Made by a program: the position numbers and the translations under genes
Notes under the pieces: generated by a model
Told to the model about the DNA's origin: nothing
Database searches by the model: none
The model's input: the letters and a program-made list of their open reading frames with translations, nothing else
NCBI GenBank assembly: GCA_902632665.1
Contig: CACPDT010000001.1
Coordinates: forward strand, 29,172-93,171
Reading direction: 5' to 3'
Source of the DNA: an uncultured Pelagibacteraceae bacterium
GTDB lineage: Bacteria; Pseudomonadota; Alphaproteobacteria; Pelagibacterales; Pelagibacteraceae
DNA: 64,000 nt
Shown here: piece by piece, positions 43,891-54,859 of the stretch
Layout: every line of letters begins with the position of its first letter
Position numbering within the stretch: position 1 is the first letter of the stretch

Positions 43891-44841
43891 ATGACTAAAT
43901 TGAAAGGTTTATTATTGACCGAGGGTATGCACGGCATGATTAGCCAAGTTGAGGGACTTGCCAAAGCTTTAGGTTTAGATTTTATACACGAGAGAATTGA
44001 ACTGAATAATTTTTGGAAAATGATTCCCCCAAAATTCACGCCAATTAAAAGGTTTGTTTTTAAAAATGATATTTTAGAAAAATTTAATGTTGTAATCTCT
44101 TGTGGTAGAAAAAGTGTAATTCCCTCAATTTTCTTAAAAAAAAAATTTGGAAATAAAATCATGAATATTCACATCCAAGATCCAAAGGTATCTCTAAATA
44201 ATTTCGATTTTGTTATTGCTCCAGAACATGATGATCTAAAAGGTGAAAATGTATTGTCAACCAAAGGTGCCATCCATTATCTTAGAGAAAGTGAATTAAA
44301 TGAAAATTTGAATTATTTAAAACCAAAAGTTAAAAAAGAAAAAGTGGTCGTGCTTGTTGTGGGAGGTCCAAATAAATATTATAATTTTAGTGATAATTTA
44401 ATTGAAGAAATTTTCTATAAAATTAAAAAAAATTTTCTTGATAATGGCTACCAATTAATTTTTATTCCCTCAATGAGAACCCCTAAAAGAATTATTGATA
44501 AAGCACGAGATTTTTATAATGGGGATCAAATCATTATTTCAGATGTTGATAAAAGAGCTTATTTATCATCACTTAAGTTAGCAGACCATATTGTAGTAAC
44601 TTGCGACTCAACGTCCATGATATCTGAGGCTGCAATTACAGGTAAACCTATTTATGTAGCTGATATGCCAGCAATTAAGAACAATTATCGCTTCAAAAAA
44701 TTTTTTGAGTTGTTCAAATCTTTGTATATTATCAGAAATTTAGAGTCTTCTGTTGAGAGTTGGAATTATGAAAAACTTAATGAAACTGATAGAGTAGCAG
44801 GTTATATAGAAAAAAAATTTAAAGATTATGACTTTTCTTAA
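43891..44841 (+). CDS. ELM1-like (DUF1022) protein
   Basis: G..SQ..GLA, HIQDP, FD.VIAPEHD, VTCDSTSMISEA. Confidence 0.85.
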   Translation: MTKLKGLLLTEGMHGMISQVEGLAKALGLDFIHERIELNNFWKMIPPKFTPIKRFVFKNDILEKFNVVISCGRKSVIPSIFLKKKFGNKIMNIHIQDPKVSLNNFDFVIAPEHDDLKGENVLSTKGAIHYLRESELNENLNYLKPKVKKEKVVVLVVGGPNKYYNFSDNLIEEIFYKIKKNFLDNGYQLIFIPSMRTPKRIIDKARDFYNGDQIIISDVDKRAYLSSLKLADHIVVTCDSTSMISEAAITGKPIYVADMPAIKNNYRFKKFFELFKSLYIIRNLESSVESWNYEKLNETDRVAGYIEKKFKDYDFS

Positions 44842-45490
44842 TTCAATTTTAAACAACTCAAAAAAATATGAATCTCCTTTTAATCATTGGGAATACAATA
44901 ATGCCCTAAGTAAAGAAGCGATTAAAGAAATTGAAAATGCAGACATCCCTGACATCAGCCAACATAATCTTAATTATGATGGAACAAGAGCTATTGATGG
45001 TGGTGCGGCAGAATTTAGAAAAGGAATAGCATCTGGGGGAAAGGCAATCAAATTTAGATGTTTTGTCACAAAAGAAAATGCTTCACAATTTCCAAATCTG
45101 GTAAAATTTATTAGCGAACTTCAATCAAAGGAAACTTGTAACGCTATTTCAAAAATGATTGATAAAGATTTATCAAATTCATATGTTAGAGTTGAAATTA
45201 TATGTGATCGTGAAGGTTTTTGGCTTAAACCACATTGTGATATAAAAGAAAAATTAATGTCCGGTTTGATTTTTGTAAATAATGCAAAAGAGTCAGAGGA
45301 CCTAGGCACTGATTTTTATAATGAAAAATTGGAAAAAGTTAAAACAGTTCCTTATAAACATAATTATGGTTATTTATTCACTAGTGGACCTAATACCTGG
45401 CATGGTATGGAAAAAAAGAAGATTATCAAGGAAAGAAGATGCATTCAGGTAAATTATGTCACTTTTAACACTGATTGGAAAGTTGAGTGA
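44828..45490 (+). CDS. 2OG-Fe(II) oxygenase
   Basis: HxD (PHCD), distal His (TWHG), R..QVNYV. Confidence 0.75.
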   Translation: MTFLNSILNNSKKYESPFNHWEYNNALSKEAIKEIENADIPDISQHNLNYDGTRAIDGGAAEFRKGIASGGKAIKFRCFVTKENASQFPNLVKFISELQSKETCNAISKMIDKDLSNSYVRVEIICDREGFWLKPHCDIKEKLMSGLIFVNNAKESEDLGTDFYNEKLEKVKTVPYKHNYGYLFTSGPNTWHGMEKKKIIKERRCIQVNYVTFNTDWKVE

Positions 45491-45751
45491 TTAACTTAGT
45501 AAACTCGAATATAGACCGATAAAACTAAATACACCTAACACTAAACAGATCCCAGTTACAGCTTTTAACTGGTCACCATCTTCATGAGCATTAGTTTTGT
45601 CATAAAGTTTCCAGAATTCGCACTCATTATGATGTGAAGCTTTTTGTCTAAATAGTTTTTTCTTTATAGGAAGTTTTAGTAATTGAGCACTAAAAATTTC
45701 ACTATTTTTAGATTCATCATTGATAATATATTGTCGAACTTCTGAACTCAT
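45491..45751 (-). CDS. Hypothetical small protein with C-terminal TM helix
   Basis: 86-aa ATG ORF filling the gap; hydrophobic C-terminus. Confidence 0.55.
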   Translation of the reverse strand: MSSEVRQYIINDESKNSEIFSAQLLKLPIKKKLFRQKASHHNECEFWKLYDKTNAHEDGDQLKAVTGICLVLGVFSFIGLYSSLLS

Positions 45752-45856
45752 ATAATTAAATTTTAAAAAATTAATTTAATTAATACAACCAAGCGATTAT
45801 TCATTTTGGGCTTTTAAAATTAAGAAAAAAAAATTATACAACTTTCAATTGTAATG

Positions 45857-48800
45857 TTATTTAAGGTCCTGTAATGAAATGACTTCAAGCTTTTTGGTTT
45901 TAAGAGATTTTATTGCTTCCAGACACGCTTGAGCGGTTGACATATTTGTACAATATGGAACTTTATTTTTTAAAGTTGCTCTTCTAAGTGCAATTGCATC
46001 ATTAATTCGATGTTCACTATTTCCTCCACCAGTATTAATCACAAGTGCTATTTTTTTTGAATCTAAAATATCTACTATGTGGGGCGTTCCACTGCTAACT
46101 TTATTTATTATTTTGCATTTCATTCCATGTTTTCGAATATATTCCGCTGTTCCTTTTGTTGCACTTAATTTAAAATTTAACTTAATTAAATCTTTTGCTA
46201 GACCTATCCCTTCGTCCTTGTGGGAGTTTTTCAAAGATATAAATGCAAGACCGTTTTTTGGAAGTGAATTTGCTGCAGCAATTTGACTTTTTGCAAATGC
46301 CATACCAAAATTTTTATCAAATCCCATTACTTCACCCGTTGATTTCATTTCAGGACCAAGAAGTAAGTCGCTATTCGGAAATTTGTTAAAAGGAAATACT
46401 GCTTCTTTAACTGCATACATTCCTTTTGATTTTTCTTTTAAATTAAATTTCAATAATTTCTCTCCAGCCATTACTCTCGATGCAATTTTCGCTAATGGTA
46501 AACCTTTTGCTTTTGATACAAAAGGTACAGTTCTACTAGCTCTAGGATTTACCTCGATTACATAAATATCATCTTTCTTTATTGCAAATTGGATATTCAT
46601 GAAACCTTTGACCTCTAAAGCTAATGCTAGTTTTTTAGTTTGATTTTCTATTTCCTTAACTAAAAATGGCTTGATTGATATTGGAGGCAAACTACAAGCA
46701 GAGTCCCCAGAATGAATACCGGCTTCCTCAATGTGTTGCATAATACCAGCCACATATACCTCTTTACCATCAGATATTGCATCAACATCCACTTCCATTG
46801 CATGATCAATAAATTTGTCAATTAAAATTGGATTTTTTTCTGCAGCTTTAAAGGCTTCTTCGATAAAATTTCTTAATTGACCTTTTTCATAAACTATTTC
46901 CATTGCTCTTCCACCCAAAACATATGAAGGTCTTACCATTAAAGGTAATCCAATTTTATCAGCAATTTTGATCGCTTCTTTATAAGTTTTAGCAATTCCA
47001 CTTTCTGCTTGTTTTAATTTTAATTTATTCAATAAATTTCTAAATCTATCTCTATCCTCTGCTAAATCTATAGAGCTGTATTGAGTTCCTAAAATAGGTA
47101 ATTTGTTTTGATGTAAAAACTTAGCAAGTTTAATTGGAGTTTGTCCTCCAAACTGGGCAATTATACCAATCAAGTTTCCATTCATTTGCTCTTTTTTGAT
47201 GATATTAAAAACGAATTCTTCTTTTAAAGGTTCAAAATAAAGTCGATCACTAGTATCGTAATCAGTAGAGACTGTCTCAGGATTACAATTTACCATGATT
47301 GTTTCAAAACCAGCGTCTTTTAAAGAAAAGCTTGCTTGACAACAACAATAATCAAATTCTATTCCTTGACCAATTCTATTCGGTCCTCCTCCTAGAATAA
47401 TTATCTTTTTTTTACTAGTCGGCTCTGCTTCACACTCTGAAACTATTGAAAAGTTTCTCTGATAAGTTGAATACATGTATGGAGTGAAAGATTTAAATTC
47501 AGCAGCACAAGTATCAACTTTTTTATAAACAGGTAATATTTTTAGTGCTATCCTCTTTTTTCTTACAACATCCTCAGAAAGATTTGTTAATTCTGATAAT
47601 TTTTTGTCTGAGAAACCTATAGATTTAATTCTATTAAATTCTGCAAAATTTCTTGGTAATCCTATTTTTTTTAAATTTATTTCACAATCAACAATTTCTT
47701 TAATTTGACCTAGAAACCACGGGTCAATTTTAGATAATTTAAAAATCCTATCTAAACTAATTTTTTTTCTAACTCCTTCAGCAACCAGTAAAATTTTGTT
47801 CGGAATATTTTCTTTTAGTTTTTTTTCAATTTGTCGTTTTGATAAATTAAATATTCTATCAAGGCCCGAGAAACCAGTTTCTAATGATATCAAAGCTTTT
47901 TGAAGAGACTCTTTAAAATTTCTCCCTATTGCCATAGCTTCACCAACAGATTTCATTGAAGTGCCAAGAGTGGCTGGAGAGGATGAAAATTTTTCAAAAG
48001 TAAATCTTGGTATCTTGGTAACTACATAATCTATACTTGGTTCAAAAGATGCAGGGGTAATTTTAGTAATTTCATTTTTAAGTTCATCCAACGTATATCC
48101 TACAGCTAATTTTGCTGCTACTTTTGCAATTGGAAATCCAGTTGCTTTAGATGCCAAAGCTGATGATCTTGATACTCGTGGGTTCATCTCAATTATAACC
48201 ATTCGACCATTTTTAGGATTAATTGCGAATTGAACATTGGATCCACCTGTCTCAACCCCAATCTTTCTTAAACATGCAATAGATGCATTTCTCATGACCT
48301 GATATTCTTTATCAGTGAGAGTTAGTGCTGGTGCAACTGTTACCGAGTCACCCGTATGTATCCCCATTGGATCAATATTCTCAATGGAACAAATAATGAT
48401 ACAGTTATCTTTCCTATCTCTAACGACTTCCATCTCAAATTCTTTCCAACCCTCCAAGCATTCTTCAACCAAAACCTGGCTAACAGGAGACTCATGTAAT
48501 CCATTTTTTACAATTTTAAGATAGTCCTTCTTTGTTTTTGCTATTCCTCCACCAAGCCCACCAAGTGTAAAAGCAGGTCTTATGATTGCAGGCAAACCAA
48601 TTTTTTTTAGAACTCTTGTAGCTTGATTATTGTTGTTTACGATTTCAGATTTAGGTAAATCTAAACCAATTTCTATCATATTTCTTCTAAACTTTTTTCT
48701 ATCTTCAGCATTTGAGATTGCCTTTGAATTAGCCCCAATAAGTTCAATTTTATATTTTTTTAAAATCCCTTTTTTTTCGGCCTCCATAGCAAGATTAAGA

Positions 48801-49084
48801 GCAGTTTGACCTCCCATTGTAGGAAGAATTGCATCAGGTCTTTCTTTTTTAAGAATTTTTTCTAAAACATCTAAAGTTATTGGTTCAACATATGTTTTGT
48901 CCGCAATATCTGGATCTGTCATAATGGTTGCAGGATTAGAATTTATCAAAATTACCTTATAGCCCTCATCTTTAAGAGCTTTGCAAGCTTGTGTTCCTGA
49001 ATAATCAAATTCACATGCTTGGCCAATGATGATCGGGCCAGCTCCTACAACTAATATTTTTTTAATGTCTTTTCTTTTTGGCAT
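45857..49084 (-). CDS. carB: Carbamoyl-phosphate synthase large subunit
   Basis: [17 protein letters not shown], duplicated ATP-grasp, MGS domain. Confidence 0.99.
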   Translation of the reverse strand: MPKRKDIKKILVVGAGPIIIGQACEFDYSGTQACKALKDEGYKVILINSNPATIMTDPDIADKTYVEPITLDVLEKILKKERPDAILPTMGGQTALNLAMEAEKKGILKKYKIELIGANSKAISNAEDRKKFRRNMIEIGLDLPKSEIVNNNNQATRVLKKIGLPAIIRPAFTLGGLGGGIAKTKKDYLKIVKNGLHESPVSQVLVEECLEGWKEFEMEVVRDRKDNCIIICSIENIDPMGIHTGDSVTVAPALTLTDKEYQVMRNASIACLRKIGVETGGSNVQFAINPKNGRMVIIEMNPRVSRSSALASKATGFPIAKVAAKLAVGYTLDELKNEITKITPASFEPSIDYVVTKIPRFTFEKFSSSPATLGTSMKSVGEAMAIGRNFKESLQKALISLETGFSGLDRIFNLSKRQIEKKLKENIPNKILLVAEGVRKKISLDRIFKLSKIDPWFLGQIKEIVDCEINLKKIGLPRNFAEFNRIKSIGFSDKKLSELTNLSEDVVRKKRIALKILPVYKKVDTCAAEFKSFTPYMYSTYQRNFSIVSECEAEPTSKKKIIILGGGPNRIGQGIEFDYCCCQASFSLKDAGFETIMVNCNPETVSTDYDTSDRLYFEPLKEEFVFNIIKKEQMNGNLIGIIAQFGGQTPIKLAKFLHQNKLPILGTQYSSIDLAEDRDRFRNLLNKLKLKQAESGIAKTYKEAIKIADKIGLPLMVRPSYVLGGRAMEIVYEKGQLRNFIEEAFKAAEKNPILIDKFIDHAMEVDVDAISDGKEVYVAGIMQHIEEAGIHSGDSACSLPPISIKPFLVKEIENQTKKLALALEVKGFMNIQFAIKKDDIYVIEVNPRASRTVPFVSKAKGLPLAKIASRVMAGEKLLKFNLKEKSKGMYAVKEAVFPFNKFPNSDLLLGPEMKSTGEVMGFDKNFGMAFAKSQIAAANSLPKNGLAFISLKNSHKDEGIGLAKDLIKLNFKLSATKGTAEYIRKHGMKCKIINKVSSGTPHIVDILDSKKIALVINTGGGNSEHRINDAIALRRATLKNKVPYCTNMSTAQACLEAIKSLKTKKLEVISLQDLK

Positions 49085-50255
49085 TTACTTTTATGTTATG
49101 AATAAATTCTTGAAATAAATAAACACTATCTTGTGGTCCTGGATTTGACTCCGGATGATACTGAACAGAAAATACTGGTTTATTTTTTAATCTTATACCT
49201 TCGATACTACCATCGAATAAAGACTTATGAGTAATCTCAATATTTTTTGGTAATGTTTCTTTTACCACTTCAAAACCATGATTTTGACTTGTAATTTCAA
49301 CATTATCATGAATTAAATTTTTTACCGGATGGTTTGCTCCTCTATGACCTAATTTCATTTTTTTGGTTTTACCCCCAAGAGCAAGTGCAAGAATTTGATG
49401 ACCTAAACAAATACCAAATATTGGTAAATTTTTTTTAATAAGGTCTTTGATAATGTTGATCGCGTATTTGCCAGTTGCTGCTGGATCTCCAGGCCCATTA
49501 GATAAAAAAATTCCATCAGGCTTAAGGTCCAATATTTTTTCTGCTGAGGTTTGACATGGAACAACAGTAACTTTACAATTAAAATTTGAAAAATATCTTA
49601 AAATATTTTTTTTTATCCCATAGTCAATGGCAACCACATGCAAAGATTTCTTTTTATTTTTTTCAAATCCAAATTCTTTATTCCAGGTCTTAAGTCCTTT
49701 CCAAATATAATTTTTTCTGGTGGATACGACCTCGGCAAGATCTAAATTTTTTAAACCACTCCATTTTATTGTTGCATTTGTGAGTTTGTTAATACTGAAT
49801 TTTCCATTATTTGAATAACAAATGGTACCTTTAGGGGCCCCTTTATCTCTAATGAAATTTGTAAGGTTTCTAGTATCTAATCCAGTGATACCAATAATTT
49901 TGTTTTTTTTAAGCCAATAATCTAAATGTAAAAATGATCTGTAATTTGATGGATTAGTTATTTCAGAATTAAAAATTACTCCTCTAGTCCAGATTTTATC
50001 AGACTCATGATCCTCATGGTTCGTTCCAACATTTCCTATGTGGGGAAAAGTAAAATTGATGATTTGACCTGCGTAAGAAGGGTCAGATATAATTTCTTGA
50101 TAGCCAGTTAATGAGGTATTAAAACAGACCTCTCCTGTTGCAAAGCCTTCGTAACCTATTCCTATACCTTTTAAAACTTTCTTGTTTTCAAGAACTAAAA
50201 TACCTGTATGTGTTTGAGAAATTTTTGAGCTAATTTTTTTTGCTTTTTTGATCAA
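49062..50255 (-). CDS. carA: Carbamoyl-phosphate synthase small subunit
   Basis: [26 protein letters not shown]. Confidence 0.98.
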   Translation of the reverse strand: MIKKAKKISSKISQTHTGILVLENKKVLKGIGIGYEGFATGEVCFNTSLTGYQEIISDPSYAGQIINFTFPHIGNVGTNHEDHESDKIWTRGVIFNSEITNPSNYRSFLHLDYWLKKNKIIGITGLDTRNLTNFIRDKGAPKGTICYSNNGKFSINKLTNATIKWSGLKNLDLAEVVSTRKNYIWKGLKTWNKEFGFEKNKKKSLHVVAIDYGIKKNILRYFSNFNCKVTVVPCQTSAEKILDLKPDGIFLSNGPGDPAATGKYAINIIKDLIKKNLPIFGICLGHQILALALGGKTKKMKLGHRGANHPVKNLIHDNVEITSQNHGFEVVKETLPKNIEITHKSLFDGSIEGIRLKNKPVFSVQYHPESNPGPQDSVYLFQEFIHNIKVNAKKKRH

Positions 50256-50379
50256 TTACAACTCATGAGTTAAAGGTTAATACAATAAAAGGTTTATTAT
50301 CGCAACAGAGATGTATTATAAAATTGTAAAAAAACAATTTTTCTTTTGAAGAATTTTTTCTTTAAAGTAGATTAAAATT

Positions 50380-50841
50380 ATGTCGTTAAAAGAGACCATA
50401 GAAACTGAATATAAAAAGTCGCTTAAATCAAAAGATAAAACTAAAATCTCAACTTACAGGTTAATTCTGTCCTCCATTAAGGATTTGGATATTTTAAATA
50501 GATCTGGTCCAAATAAAAAAGAGACTGATGATGACGATATTAAAAAATTATTTAAGAAGATGATGAAACAAAGAGCCGAATCAATTGAAATTTATAAAAA
50601 AAATAATCGGTCTGATCTTTTGGAAGTTGAGCAAAATGAATATGATATTTTATCAAGTTTTTTACCAAAACAATTAAATGAGGAAGATACAAAAAAAATA
50701 TGTGAGGAGATAATATCTAAATTAGGTGCCAATTCAATAAAAGATATGGGTAAAGTTATGGGAGAATTAAAAAAGCAACATGCCGATGAGATTGATTTCT
50801 CCAAAGCAGGAGCGCTAATTAAACAATTACTTAATAAGTAG
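50380..50841 (+). CDS. GatB/YqeY domain protein
   Basis: KQR.ES, FLPKQL, KDMGKVMG; upstream of dnaG. Confidence 0.92.
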   Translation: MSLKETIETEYKKSLKSKDKTKISTYRLILSSIKDLDILNRSGPNKKETDDDDIKKLFKKMMKQRAESIEIYKKNNRSDLLEVEQNEYDILSSFLPKQLNEEDTKKICEEIISKLGANSIKDMGKVMGELKKQHADEIDFSKAGALIKQLLNK

Positions 50842-50843
50842 TC

Positions 50844-52619
50844 ATGAAATATCCAAAAGAATATTTAGAGGAAATTAAAACAAGATTAAAAGTGTCAACA
50901 GTAGTTTCGAAATACGTCAGTTTAAAAAAAAGAGGTAAAGAATATGTTGGACTTTCACCATTTAAAAATGAGAAAACTCCATCCTTTACTGTAAATGATG
51001 AAAAAGAATTTTATCATTGTTTTGCGACATCAGAACATGGAAATATTTTTGACTTTGTAATGAAAACTCAAAATTTTAAATTTGGTGAGGCTGTAAAGCA
51101 CTTGGCAAATTTAGCTGGTATGCAACCCTATATTTTTTCAAAACAAGATGAAGAAAGAGAAAAAAAGTGGAAAATATACTCATCTATTTTCTTGGAATAT
51201 GTAGACTTTTATCATAATCAACTTTTGAAAAATGAAAAATATTCTAAAGCAAGAGATTATCTGAAAAACAGATCACTTGATAAAGATCAAGTTAAAAAAT
51301 TTAAAATTGGTTTTGTGGAAAAGAATCCAAATTTATTTGAAGAATTAAAAAAAAATTATCAAATTGATGATTTGCTAGAAACAGGATTATTTTATTTAGA
51401 TGAAAAAAAAAATATTTATGTTGAAAGATTTAGAGGAAGATTAATTTTTCCAATCAATAATATTTCAGGACAACCAATTGCTTTAGGTGGAAGAATAATC
51501 GAAAAAAGTGATTTTCTTGCTAAGTACATTAATTCTCCAGAAACATTATTCTTCAAAAAAGGATCCAACTTATACAATTTAGATTCAGCAAGAAAATTGT
51601 CTAATAAGTTTGACAATATTTTTTTAGTAGAGGGCTATATGGATGTCGTTGGTTTAAGTAAAAATGGAATAGAAAATGTTGTTGCTAATTTAGGTACTTC
51701 TTTAACAGATAGACAAATATTTACTCTTAATCAGTTTTTTAATGATATCATTATTTGTTTTGATGGTGATGAGAGCGGTTACAAGGCAGCCTTAAGAGCC
51801 GCAGAAAATTCTATAAGAGAAATGAAACCTGAAAAACAAATATCATTTTTATTTTTACCAGATCAAGAAGATCCAGACAGTTTTGTTAACAAAAGTGGTA
51901 AAGAATATTTTTTTGATTATTCAAAACAAAATAAAATATCAATACATCAATTTATATTTAATCATTATAAAAAAAATACTCAAAATAATCCATCTTCTAT
52001 GGCAATTTTTGAAAAAAAATTAAGATCCATAGCTAACACAATAAAAGATAATTATATTAAAAAATACGTCTTAGAATATTTCATAGAAAAAATTTCTGGA
52101 TTAACCCCATATACAAGTAAAAATCAAAAAAAATTTTATGCGAAAAAAACTAGATCTTTAGAGAAGACCCAAAAGCACTTTAACGAAAGTCAATCATTGT
52201 CTGGTGTAGAATTGAAAGAATTTTCATTAATTTATCTTATTGTTAATAATTTGAATTTAATGCAGGATCATATTCATTTGCTCAAAGATATAAAATTATT
52301 TTCTGAGGTTAATAAACAAATTTTTGAAAAAATTGTATTTAAACTAAACTTGGAAAATGATTTATCTATTGATCAGCTAGATATTGATTCTCAATTAATT
52401 GATAAAATTACAAAGTTTGCTCCAATTAAACACATTTTACAAAAAAAAATTAATAAAGATCATGAAATCCTTGAATTGTTTGAAGATATAGTTCGCGACC
52501 TTAATAATTATGATCTAGAATTTAGAATACAAGAATTAGAATCGCAGTTTTCAAAAGATTTAAGTGAGATAACATTTAACGAGCTAAAAGAGCTAAAAAA
52601 AAAGCAAAATATCAATTAA
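50844..52619 (+). CDS. dnaG: DNA primase
   Basis: EKTPSF, FRGRLIFPI, KYINSPET, VEGYMDV, FDGD, DPD. Confidence 0.97.
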   Translation: MKYPKEYLEEIKTRLKVSTVVSKYVSLKKRGKEYVGLSPFKNEKTPSFTVNDEKEFYHCFATSEHGNIFDFVMKTQNFKFGEAVKHLANLAGMQPYIFSKQDEEREKKWKIYSSIFLEYVDFYHNQLLKNEKYSKARDYLKNRSLDKDQVKKFKIGFVEKNPNLFEELKKNYQIDDLLETGLFYLDEKKNIYVERFRGRLIFPINNISGQPIALGGRIIEKSDFLAKYINSPETLFFKKGSNLYNLDSARKLSNKFDNIFLVEGYMDVVGLSKNGIENVVANLGTSLTDRQIFTLNQFFNDIIICFDGDESGYKAALRAAENSIREMKPEKQISFLFLPDQEDPDSFVNKSGKEYFFDYSKQNKISIHQFIFNHYKKNTQNNPSSMAIFEKKLRSIANTIKDNYIKKYVLEYFIEKISGLTPYTSKNQKKFYAKKTRSLEKTQKHFNESQSLSGVELKEFSLIYLIVNNLNLMQDHIHLLKDIKLFSEVNKQIFEKIVFKLNLENDLSIDQLDIDSQLIDKITKFAPIKHILQKKINKDHEILELFEDIVRDLNNYDLEFRIQELESQFSKDLSEITFNELKELKKKQNIN

Positions 52620-52685
52620 TATTCTAAAATTAATAATGGATTTTCTTAAATTTGCCATTATATACATCTTTTCAAATATATTAGT

Positions 52686-54512
52686 GTGGAAAGAATAATA
52701 ACAAAATCATTTGCTCGTTTAATGGGGCGTGGAACCCATAGAGGTTTTATTACCCATGAAGAACTAAGTAAATCTCTTGGTAAGAGAAATCTTTCAGATC
52801 AAAATTTAGCTCAGGCTTTTATTCATATTTTGGATGAAAAGATAACCTTAGTTGAAAAAAAATCAGATTTTAAAGTTTTAAGAAAAAAAGAGGGTACATC
52901 AAAAGATGAAGGTAAAACTATCGAGAAAAGTGACGATCCAATTCGAATGTATCTCAGAGAAATGGGAGGAGTTGAACTTTTATCAAGAGAAGGCGAAATT
53001 GCTATTGCAAAAAGGATAGAGGCTGGAAAGGATGTAATGTTAATTGCTTTATCACAAAGCCCGATAACTGCTCAACAATTTTTTGAGTGGAATGAAAAAC
53101 TTCAAAAAGACGAAATTTTAGTTAGAGAAATTATTGATATTGATACAAATTATATGGAGGACGAGTCTACTGGTCCAAGCGCAAAACAAAAAAATTCTGG
53201 CGAAGTTGAAAGTGATGAAAATTCTAGTGATGAAGGTGATGAAGATTTTAATCCAACATTGGCAGCGATGGAGACAGAGATAAAACCTAAAGTTCTTAAA
53301 ACTGTGAATAATTTAACCAAAGATTATAACAAGCTCATCAAATATCAAAAAGAAAAATTAGATTGTATTCTAAATTCTAAACTTTTTTCTCCTGCAAAAG
53401 AAAAAAGCTATGAAAAAATTGTTAAAGAAATTTTAGAAAATATAAAGTCGCTCCAGTTATCCCCATCTGTTTTGGAGGGGCTAGTACAAAAGCATTATTT
53501 AGAAAATAAAAAAATCGTTTCTTTAGAGGGAAATCTTTTGAGACTAGCAATGGATAACAAAATTCCAAGAAATGAATTTTTAAAATTTTACGTGGGAAAT
53601 GAAATTAATCCAAATCTTAAAAAATTTTTAGATACAAATTCAACCTGGAAACAATTTTTTTCTAAAAATAAAGATAAATTTAAAGATATTCGTGAAAGAT
53701 TAATAGAATTTAGCCACAAAATTGGAATGTCTGTAACAGATTTCAAAAAACTTGTAAGTAGAGTTCAAAAGGGTGAAAAAGAGTCAAGAATTGCAAAAAA
53801 AGAGATGGTCGAAGCAAACTTAAGATTAGTTATCTCAATTGCGAAAAAATATACCAATAGGGGATTACAATTTTTGGATTTAATTCAAGAAGGAAATATA
53901 GGATTAATGAAAGCAGTTGATAAGTTTGAGTACAGGAGGGGTTATAAGTTTTCTACTTATGCAACATGGTGGATCAGACAAGCAATAACAAGATCAATAG
54001 CTGATCAAGCAAGAACAATTAGAATTCCAGTCCATATGATTGAAACAATTAACAAAATTGTAAGAACACAAAGATTAATTTTAAGTGAGTTTGGTAGAGA
54101 GGCAACACCAGAAGAGCTAGCAAAAAAACTTAGAATGCCATTAGATAAAGTTAGAAAAGTTTTAAAAATTTCAAAAGAACCAGTATCACTTGAAAAACCT
54201 GTAGGGGACGAAGAGGATAGCAGCTTAGGAGATTTTATAGAAGATACAAAAGCCCTAGCCCCACTTGAACAAGCTATCAAATCAAATTTAGGAGAAGCAA
54301 CGACTAAGATATTATCGACTTTGACACCTAGAGAGGAAAGAGTTTTAAGAATGAGATTTGGTGTAGGTATGAACACCGATCATACTTTAGAAGAAGTTGG
54401 TTTACAATTTTCAGTTACCAGAGAAAGAATACGTCAAATTGAGGCGAAAGCTCTTAGAAAACTTAAACATCCAAGTAGATCAAAACAATTAAAAAGTTTC
54501 TTAGAAAGTTAA
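52686..54512 (+). CDS. rpoD: RNA polymerase sigma-70 factor
   Basis: [42 protein letters not shown]. Confidence 0.99.
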   Translation: MERIITKSFARLMGRGTHRGFITHEELSKSLGKRNLSDQNLAQAFIHILDEKITLVEKKSDFKVLRKKEGTSKDEGKTIEKSDDPIRMYLREMGGVELLSREGEIAIAKRIEAGKDVMLIALSQSPITAQQFFEWNEKLQKDEILVREIIDIDTNYMEDESTGPSAKQKNSGEVESDENSSDEGDEDFNPTLAAMETEIKPKVLKTVNNLTKDYNKLIKYQKEKLDCILNSKLFSPAKEKSYEKIVKEILENIKSLQLSPSVLEGLVQKHYLENKKIVSLEGNLLRLAMDNKIPRNEFLKFYVGNEINPNLKKFLDTNSTWKQFFSKNKDKFKDIRERLIEFSHKIGMSVTDFKKLVSRVQKGEKESRIAKKEMVEANLRLVISIAKKYTNRGLQFLDLIQEGNIGLMKAVDKFEYRRGYKFSTYATWWIRQAITRSIADQARTIRIPVHMIETINKIVRTQRLILSEFGREATPEELAKKLRMPLDKVRKVLKISKEPVSLEKPVGDEEDSSLGDFIEDTKALAPLEQAIKSNLGEATTKILSTLTPREERVLRMRFGVGMNTDHTLEEVGLQFSVTRERIRQIEAKALRKLKHPSRSKQLKSFLES

Positions 54513-54522
54513 AATTTATTTT

Positions 54523-54597
54523 GGGCCGTTAGCTCAATAGTAGAGTACTGCATTGACATTGCAGGGGTAGTTGGAGCGTAACCAACACGGCCCACCA
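54523..54597 (+). tRNA. tRNA-Val(GAC), non-canonical D/T loops
   Basis: GGGCCGT/ACGGCCC acceptor stem plus ACCA; CTGCA-TTGACAT-TGCAG anticodon arm; T-arm GTTGG-AGCGTAA-CCAAC. Confidence 0.88.
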
Positions 54598-54655
54598 TTA
54601 TAAGATTTGTTGATTGATTAAAGTTAATATTGTTGTAAAACCTAGATTATTAATA

Positions 54656-54695
54656 GGGCCTGTAGCTCAGTTGGTTAGAGCAGTATACTCATAAT
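54656..54695 (+). pseudogene. 5' half of tRNA-Ile2(CAT); probable att site at island boundary
   Basis: GGGCCTGTAGCTCAGTTGGTTAGAGCAGTATACTCATAAT, followed by no variable loop, T-arm or acceptor 3' strand. Confidence 0.85.
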
Positions 54696-54767
54696 TTACG
54701 ACTCAAAAAAATAACTTAAACTAGTATTGAAAATCAACCTCCATTAGAGAAGTTTTTTTTCAAATAA

Positions 54768-54789
54768 TATTTACCAACTATTTACCAAC
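54768..54789. repeat. Perfect 11-bp tandem repeat TATTTACCAAC x2
   Basis: Copies at 54768-54778 and 54779-54789, about 75 bp inside the junction. Confidence 0.85.
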
Positions 54790-54797
54790 GAATCCAA

Positions 54798-54806
54798 TTA
54801 TCCACA
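54798..54806 (+). promoter_or_regulatory. Consensus DnaA box TTATCCACA
   Basis: Exact 9-mer match; function not shown. Confidence 0.4.
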
Positions 54807-54859
54807 CAATTTAACGGCTTTATATTTTGGATTTTTTTTAGTGAGATGTATAAGAACTT

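Noticed and set aside
45752-45790. CtrA box in a TTAA-rich intergenic stretch
   Set aside because: None of the TTAA pairs has the TTAA-N7-TTAA spacing.
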